Below, in pieces: positions 1 to 7,724 of a stretch of DNA of 12,317 nt. The notes beneath the pieces are model-generated. The model ran no database searches. It was given only the letters and a program-made list of their open reading frames with translations, and was not told the DNA's origin. The translations under genes were made by a program, and so were the position numbers. The stretch is from Trichoplax adhaerens (lineage: Eukaryota > Animalia > Placozoa), in assembly GCF_000150275.1 (NCBI RefSeq), contig NW_002061015.1, positions 23,012 to 35,328 on the forward strand, read 5' to 3'. The stretch's first letter is position 1. The number at the start of each line of letters is the position of its first letter.

Positions 1-1170
1 CTCAGCACTACTCACATACTGTACGTCCTCTGTACTCACAGGTGCATGCCGTATTACTCACAACATGCAGTACAACGAGTAGATCATTTCTTCTTCTTTC
101 TTTGATCTTTTGTGTAAGAATAGCACGGCATGAGATCGCGTTATTGGTAACCCTATCTGGCCCACAGCTTTGGCTGGACTTTGCTTCAATAAATCAAGTC
201 TGATACTGCCATTAGTATACTCTTACTTGATTGAGATGGATTGCATTCAATAATCAACAACAGGATTGGACGGAGCACTGTTGGCAATCGTCTCCACCTG
301 TATTTGTCGGAAAGTACGTACGTTTGTACATCGCAATGATTGAAATGGCTACGATCATGGACTAACTACTGCAGTAGATGGCTACTGAGACAAAAAGAAC
401 GATTGTCTCAGAAACTCCCCTGGTAGTATCTAGCAGACGATAATTGGAGTTGATATTACGAGTAAGCGCCTATTCATTTTACTCAGCCCAGTCCAGCACT
501 GTGCAGTACTGAAGTCGTAATCAGTGTAGCCGACTGATTCGACAGAGGTAAGAAGTCGAACTAAGACGTCTAACCCAGCACAAACCATCGGGGAGTAAAC
601 TATCTACTATCTACCGTTTATGCTAGACGACAATTAAGAATTCATTTATTACTACTTGAAGAGCAGCTGCTTATATATGCAGCATATTCACATTCAATTA
701 CAGCGTTAACGAATTAACATACTGTGGCTCGACTTGAACCAATGATCAATATTCGTTACATCGAAATTGCCGATGATGATGCAAGCCGTACAGTACAGTA
801 CTGGTACATACTGTACCGTATACGAGGTATACAGTAGTATAATAAGCTAGACAAGCTCTTATTTAATTTTTATTCATTGTATCCAAATCACCGATGATCG
901 TGCACACGGAAGTCTGCAAAGAAAATGTCGGTAAGAAAGTAGCTCTTAACATAGAATGCCTTAAACCATTAGCATTCATTGTAGAATATGCAGAGTATAA
1001 TTAGTGCTGTAGAATCGATAGTGTAGATACATTGCTAACTCAAATGATTGTAAAGGCTGATTACAATGAATGAACTTGACAATTCCTACCATGGGGAATG
1101 TAGACGTACGTCGTATAGGAAATGGTAGTCATTGACGCCTAACCATGTCAATAAATAGCATCATTAGCTA

Positions 1171-1341
1171 TACATGTTGTAATATTCTCAGATAGACTCA
1201 AAAACCCGCTTCATTATCCTTATTCTACAATTCTACTCGATCTACGTTAAGCCAATAATTTATTACACAGGTTTGGTTGGTTCTACCCTTGCACCTCGTA
1301 TAGGTAATGTAAACGATGGAACTACTTACTTAGTTGAATCA
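1171..1341 (+). promoter_or_regulatory. Conserved upstream non-coding block of paralog 1 (promoter or non-coding 5' exon candidate)
   Basis: Shares TACATGT, CTCAGATAGACTCA (1187-1200), CCGCTT, TAAACGATrGAACTA (1310-1324) and TTAGTTGAATCA (1330-1341), in the same order, with 7180-7340. Confidence 0.5.
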
Positions 1342-1928
1342 TCACCAGATACTGTAGCATAGAAAGACACTCCATAGCATGTTAGAACCCATATTATGTC
1401 CATGTTATATCCAAAAATAGTGGATATTAGACGTGAGTGATGATTTGTTCAACCATGAAATGAGCTATATCACTCTATTTATTATTGAGCGATAGAGCGT
1501 CTCAAAAACGATAGGATAAAAATTTCAATTTCTTGTCAACTTCATTTGATTAACGTGCGTACAGTACATGAATTCAGTGATTGGACTTGATCCATTCAGT
1601 CCTTCTACCAATTAGTTTATCGAACAGTATAAAATCCTCCAAGAATACAGTAGAAGCTTGTATAATCTTACAATTTGACCTCCAAACGTATTGCATCTTA
1701 AATTAGGGCTATTTTACTGGCATGCAGTATTTTCATTTGTGTATCAATGGATGACTTTCGCTAAGAATGCTAAATGTGTTGTACTTTAGAACAATAATAT
1801 ACTGTACTGTACAGTGATTAAGTAATCCGTAATAATATTAGCTATAGTTGAGTTGAAAATGGACAATGTAATTATTGTAATATATCTCTCTTTAGATTTA
1901 GAATATTACCAACAAGCACAAGTTAAAA

Positions 1929-4064
1929 ATGGAAGATTATTCTATCAATAGCTATGAAATGGCTGTTCAATCTGCGGATAAAATCTCAACAGGTAGAAAC
2001 AATAATATTTTATTGCTAACTAGCTATATTACAAGTACTACATACATATTTTATACCTATAAGTTAACAAAACGAACACATTTTATAACTTTCTACCAAA
2101 TCATTTCATTATTATTAACTATTAACTTTTCCTTTTGTAAAAATGAATTAATTCCAAGATGAGAAATCGACGTTTTCTAAGTTAAGCCGTCGTAAAACAA
2201 TCTATGGAATTATTATTGTACTCGCAACGGCTGTTACTTTTAGTCTTTTTAACCAATTTGGAAAGGTTACAGTCTCAACTGAGAGTAATTTCACTTCGAT
2301 GACTTTCTTTACTTGGTAAGTATAATAATTCTAGTACATTATACCAACGATACATGATACTAGGATAGAATATTGTATTACTAAATATACCCACTGCTAA
2401 ACTTAATGCAGGTGTATACTATTTTCTACATTTAATTTTTCCAGTCTAAAATAACGATAAAATAATAAATATAGTCAATGTCACTCTATTTTGTTTATAG
2501 GATCACATTAAAAATTGAAAGCTTTTTACTAAATCATATACTATATATGATAATTTTACACTCTAATAGTTCTTTCCACTTGTTAACCTTATACGTATTT
2601 ATAAACACTACAATCTCATAATTGTCGGTTGTCACTAAATTGATTTTTACAGTAATAAATTACATGTAGGCTTCGATTCTCATTAAATTTTAATTTCTTA
2701 ATACATTAACCTATGCATAGGGTTTCAGCTTCAACTACCATACTCACTTTTCCAATCCATGCCATATTGTTAATGATTTTTAAGGGTGAAAGCTTACGCC
2801 AAATATATAGGTATCCTTGATAATATATTATATGCCGTATATCTAGTTACCTATTGATTTATTGAACTTACTAGATAAGCGTACCGTAGGTATATTAATC
2901 TTCTATTTTAGCTCTTACAAATGCATCGTGCTAATACTTACCCACACTTACGATAGTATCACTTAGCTAAGAAAATAACTAAACTCTGATTGTTTTTAAT
3001 GTTATTTAGAGAATCAATAAAAATTTGTCCACGCAAAGATATCAAAAAAGTATTTTGGTTACGCTTGTTACCATTAGCCATAAATATGAATATGGTTATC
3101 GTATTAAACTATTACCCTTTAAATTTTACGGCCCCAACCGATGTTACAGCAGTTTTTTCATCGGTACTCGGCATGGTTTATGTGCTATCTATCATATTTT
3201 TGAAAGAGCCATTTATATTGCTTAGGGTAAGTGTTATCATAATTCTAAGACTATGATAGATTTTTAGAGACAGAATTATTATGTATATCTATGAATTAAG
3301 AGTAATGATGTATTTTAATCATGAAGTAAAACATATTATACTCATTCAAAAACAAAAATCGCTTTTAAAATTTTATTAATTTTTAGGCATTCGCAGTATG
3401 CTTATCTACGGCAGGCGTCATATTGTTTGCTTACGACGATGGTTTTGGCTCATTCGCCGCAATAGGCGTCATTTTATCCACATTATTTGCTTTAGCTGCT
3501 GCTTGTTTTCGAGTAAGTTACAAAAATTTGATCATTAATGGATTGCATCTGCAGATATTTATCGTTTATCCTTATTGAAATATAATGTTTATCTACTAAA
3601 CAACTTGTAATATTTATCAGGTTCATACAAAAGTTTTCATTGGTGATGCATCGGCAATTCAAGGGTCAATGCTGTTATCAATTATTAGTGTCCTTAATTT
3701 ATTGTTTGGTTGGATATCTGTTATCATATTTCATTTTGCGGGAATTGAAAATCTTATGTGGTCTGAAGTTCCTTGGGAACCTCTAATGATTACAAATTTA
3801 TTTAATATGTTATATACCGGCTCAGTTATTATTGGAGTCGCCGTTACATATCCTGTATTCATTTCGCTTGGTGCTCTCTTTGGAATACCGATTAATGCAG
3901 TTATTGACGTAATCTTCCGTAATGAATCGTTTTCTGTATTAAAAATATTTAGTACATTGTTATTAGCTTTAGGATTTTTAATTTTATTAATACCTTTGGA
4001 AAAGGCTCAGTGGATATCAAAAATGCCAATTAACTTACTAATGTGTAGACGTCGAAAAACATAA
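1929..4064 (+). CDS. SLC35F3/SLC35F4-like EamA/DMT transporter, paralog 1 (spliced, 6 coding exons, 365 aa)
   Basis: Exons assembled by hand, all GT-AG: 1929-1992, 2159-2315, 2721-2810, 3010-3226, 3387-3512, 3621-4064. Total 1098 nt, open frame ending in TAA; intron phases 1,2,2,0,0. An in-frame TAG lies upstream of the ATG. The protein is multi-TM with motifs FFTWVSASTTILTFP, TAPTDVTAVFS, LSIIFLKEPFILLR, AYDDGF, PWEPL and GVAVTYPVFISLGALFGIPINAVID. These match my recollection of SLC35F3/F4 (FFMTWF..N...FP, TDVSALF, LSWIVL.DRFM.VR, GVVLTYP.LISIG..LSVPGNAAVD). The substrate is not established here. Confidence 0.9.
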
Positions 4065-4219
4065 AAGTCAATACCAGCACTGATGTTTATTCGAAATCGT
4101 TTTAGCAACTTAGCTTAGGAATGTCTCTGCTGACTATGAGGCTTTCCTATAGTAGGCTGAGTGTATATATCGCATTGGCTTTCACTCTCGAATTGTAGTA
4201 CAATTTTATCAGGGAGATA

Positions 4220-4225
4220 AATAAA
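4220..4225 (+). terminator. Putative polyadenylation signal of paralog 1
   Basis: AATAAA ~155 nt after the stop codon. Its context (AATTTTATC..GAGATAAATAAAATA) is homologous to the context at 10610-10641 after paralog 2. Confidence 0.5.
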
Positions 4226-4451
4226 ATAATTCTGATATTTCAACTCGAATGAACTTAATTCACAATACTATAGCTATTGCTATAGATTTCAATAGATATT
4301 TATTTCTATTCATTTATTAGTATTGAGATGAAGTAGTTTTTACCCTGTTTATTGCAGCATTTTATTAATCACTTTAATTTTCATAAGCATATTTTCTATG
4401 TGTGATTAATGAATGTGGCAGACTAGACAGTAGCATTCGCAGGGGTTAATA

Positions 4452-4675
4452 GTTCTAGTGCAGATTTTTCGACCGATTTTCATTCTTATTAATCGACTAG
4501 CGACAATATGTAGATATACACTATGGTACTGTCACAGGTCTCAATTGTAGAGACTAGCAATAAGGGTTGAAAATGTAATTTCAACTGTTATACTGTTACT
4601 AACGACTAATCGAGATTAGTATATAGAGTCGCTAGCCGATCTACTATATTGAAAAATCTCTTCTGTAGTCAGAAC
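4452..4675. repeat. Nested imperfect inverted-repeat element
   Basis: ATCGACTAGCGAC (4492-4504) pairs 12/13 with GTCGCTAGCCGAT (4628-4640). AGATTTTTCGA (4462-4472) pairs with TTGAAAAATCT (4649-4659). GTTCT (4452-4456) pairs with AGAAC (4671-4675). Three internal hairpins lie inside. Confidence 0.55.
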
Positions 4676-5811
4676 CCTAGTAGTATCAGTATAGCCGGTC
4701 TAACTTTTCAAAGCCTCGCACCTCGTGGGGCTACAGTATAGCCAATTATAGGGTGATAACTTACCCAAAGCGTTCCATTCAGGAATTCTCCAAACTCTAG
4801 TCTAATCCTGTTAACTACAAATTCAATTTGGGAAATATCCACAATTATCCTTACATTTTATCTAACACATTTGGTTTAAGATTTTAATCTAAAATATTCG
4901 AAATATATATATATAAGTTTTCCAATCAGGTTACATTCCTATAGCCATCACTAGTGGCAGCTGACGGCAATTTAAGTTATCCTAAAATATTCGTAATCCT
5001 CTTATTCTTATCATGCAATTCTGATAACAAATATTATCATCATAGCACATACTGTACGTATCTATCGTACTTTTTGACCGATACATGCTGTTTAAGTTTT
5101 ACGAGTGTAACGATAAATTTAGGAATTAGGACTATAAAAGATACAAGGCAAATTATCCCGTTATTGCTACTGTCCTGATGATGGTCGCAGTGCTGTATGA
5201 TACGTCGGCAGATAATCATAGAATCTGCTAAACTAGTTTCCAAAATCTATATTCAAGAATCTACTGCTGAATTTCGGAAATACTATCATAATAAAATAAT
5301 GTCTATCCAGGTAGGGTTACAGCGTTAATAATATAAACAATTATTTGATATGACCAATCATTGGTCCTACGGCATGTATTTCCAACAGATTTCGTAATAG
5401 GATAACATAAGAATCTATTAGTTCATTGTTAACCACGACAATTTACTAATAGTTTTATATCATATAATAAGATATTGAGGTAAAGATTATTCACTGAAAA
5501 CTTGTATCATTCAATTTTTAATATTGTAAACAAATTTTGAAAGGCTATTGCCATTGAATATTTAGAAAGGCTATGTTAGTTATTTTAAAGTAAAATAAGT
5601 ACTGTATCAATTATTTCAATGCTGGTTGTATATAAACTGCAGTAAGAGTAACCTATGAAATAATTTCAATTTTAGTTGCAACTTGTTGTTGGCAGAGAAT
5701 CCTCAAAAATTTACCATTCCTCCATCGATTTCTTTTTCCGCTCCGGCAGTCTATGACACTATACTGTACTACTGTACTTGGTACAGTTTAATAGTCATAA
5801 AGATGGCAGTC

Positions 5812-6196
5812 CGTAGCATTGGAAATCTACCCCAGAGAGTCGATTACACTACCTCAGGAGTCTTGTACAATGTAATCTAGTCTTCTACCTTGTATATTGC
5901 TAAATATTTCATTGCGAAAAAATATCTTCTCAAAAATACAACTACTGCAGTTTCTTGCAAACTTCACTTTATTATAGAAGACTAGGTTCGTCTTACAACT
6001 TGGAATATTAGTCGTAAGGTTATTAGGGAATGCTCTACATTCATATTTAGTAATCGACGCTTCTCTTCACTTTTCTTGTATTGAAACTCTGTTCCTGTTA
6101 CTCCTCACTTTATCACTCTGATAGAACTAACACATTACCGGTACATACTGTATTGGATTTTTGCATTGACTTATCCTTTGGATTGTAAAGTGTATG
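5812..6196. repeat. Duplicated non-coding block downstream of paralog 1 (copy A)
   Basis: 5812-5911 aligns with 11266-11362, and 6050-6196 aligns with 11369-11515. Shared strings include AGAGAGTC.ATTACACTA, TTGTACAAT.TAATCTAGTCTTCTA, TTCACTTTTCT.GTATT.AAACTCTGTT and TTGGATTGTAAA.TGTATG. Confidence 0.85.
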
Positions 6197-7179
6197 CCAT
6201 AAATCATGATTGATAACACTTAGAGGAGAAATAACAATATCAAATACGATACGGATCGCTCAGGAAATGTTTCTAAAGTAACTCTTTAATAATACTAGTA
6301 CTTTATTGTATCAACTTCATTAAGCAACCGAAAACGAGAAATACAAACTACAAACTTCATGCTCAAGACAACACCCACAATAGTTGCTTTAACGCATATA
6401 CAGTATATAGAAATCAATTCAAATACAAATATTGAAATAGAAATTATTATAGTAAAAACTCAACTAAACCCTATCAACAAATCATCACGAAGACTCGCTT
6501 CGTCGAGGTGTACCATATTTAATCAATTAAAATTCTTTTCCTCTAAATTCTTGTTGATTACTCTGTTAGAACCAGTATTAGATACTATACCTAAAGTAAT
6601 TTCCAAGCGAAATGCAACGAATATGCAAATCAGTAATGAGTCAGCAAATTATAGCAACATTAACCTAATTATATATGGTTTGGCACTAATAAGTTGATAG
6701 AGATACATAATCTATGCGACTGTACCATATAAATTAACTGGCATCTGACTATAGCTATAGTATAATGATAGGCCTACAGTGCAGCACAGAAGCTGTAATA
6801 TGATAGAAATGACGATTGTATTTTGATACCATTCATTCCTGTTAGTAAAGACTACTAAAGGAGAGAAAACCGGTTTTCCATCTATAGTAGTCCCCGCTAT
6901 TGTTTACGATACTATTTATTGATTATTTTATTGTAGACTGGGTATTTACCACGCGTAGATGCCGGATTACTGCTACGTATAAAATAGTAACAGTAAAAGC
7001 TGACTAGCATTAATTTCCTCTATCGATTTGAAGGTAATTTATGTAGAATTCTAGTTTGATCTGATTGTAGTTGAATTCCGTTTCAAATTTAATGTATAGC
7101 TTAATAAAATAATTTACAGTTCTTGTGTGGCATAACGGTGCAAGTATACTTGCATAATATCATTGCTATTATATACGCG

Positions 7180-7340
7180 TACATGTAGTTACTGTACCCT
7201 CAGATAGACTCAGGTAACCGCTTATCGTTAATTTACAGTTTTGATGATTTCATAGTAAACTAATAATTTCTTGCGTAGGCTTCGTGATTATGCTCGTATC
7301 TGTACGGTTAAACGATAGAACTATCGCTTTAGTTGAATCA
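7180..7340 (+). promoter_or_regulatory. Conserved upstream non-coding block of paralog 2
   Basis: Collinear with 1171-1341: CTCAGATAGACTCA 7199-7212, TAAACGATAGAACTA 7309-7323, TTAGTTGAATCA 7329-7340. Confidence 0.5.
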
Positions 7341-7724
7341 GGAAACGACATAGCGGATTCTAGTATCTTAAAAGCAATGCCATAATGGCTTTTCGATTTC
7401 TTGTTAACTTCACTTGATTGCATGAATTATTCTAAAAGTATAATATCCTCCGCAACTAACGTAAATACTCGTATAATCCTACAATCGAACTTGCTAACAA
7501 AGTCTATTCTTAGGGTTGTGTCACAAATGTATTTACCGTTTTCGCAGCTGACATACACTAAATTATTAATAGATAACTCGAGCTAAGAGTGCCAGATATA
7601 TTCGACTTTATAACTATAATAAGGGTGTAACAATATTAACTGTAATATATTTGACAACTGATGATGTAATTAATATCGAAAATTCGTCTAGATTTAACAT
7701 CGCCAATAAATACACAAGTTAAGA

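Noticed and set aside
1929-2162. 77-aa ORF as a stand-alone protein (likewise 2990-3256, 3669-4064, 8600-8902, 10154-10549)
   Set aside because: These are exons, or exons plus intron read-through, of the two spliced transporter genes.
3025-3225. 66-aa overlapping alternative-frame ORF
   Set aside because: It is a shadow frame of exon 4 with a non-ATG start and is not reported at the homologous exon of paralog 2.
4954-5243. Overlapping +74 aa and -67 aa ORFs
   Set aside because: Non-ATG starts, composition typical of AT-rich noise, no recognisable domain.
5852-5856. TGA shared by both downstream blocks in a minus-strand frame, as a possible selenocysteine codon
   Set aside because: Copy B has a frameshift nearby, other stops flank the frame, and I could not identify a SECIS element.
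5683-5880. 65-aa ORF running into the duplicated block (and 11417-11611 on the minus strand in the other copy)
   Set aside because: Neither ORF has a counterpart in the ORF track at the paralogous copy, and the two lie on opposite strands.
6359-6697. 112-aa ORF
   Set aside because: Low-complexity I/N/S/T/K composition expected from AT-rich DNA, with no motif and no paralogous copy. It cannot be fully excluded without a database search.
7401-7586. 61-aa ORF upstream of paralog 2
   Set aside because: TTG start, no equivalent upstream of paralog 1, and probably within a 5' UTR intron.
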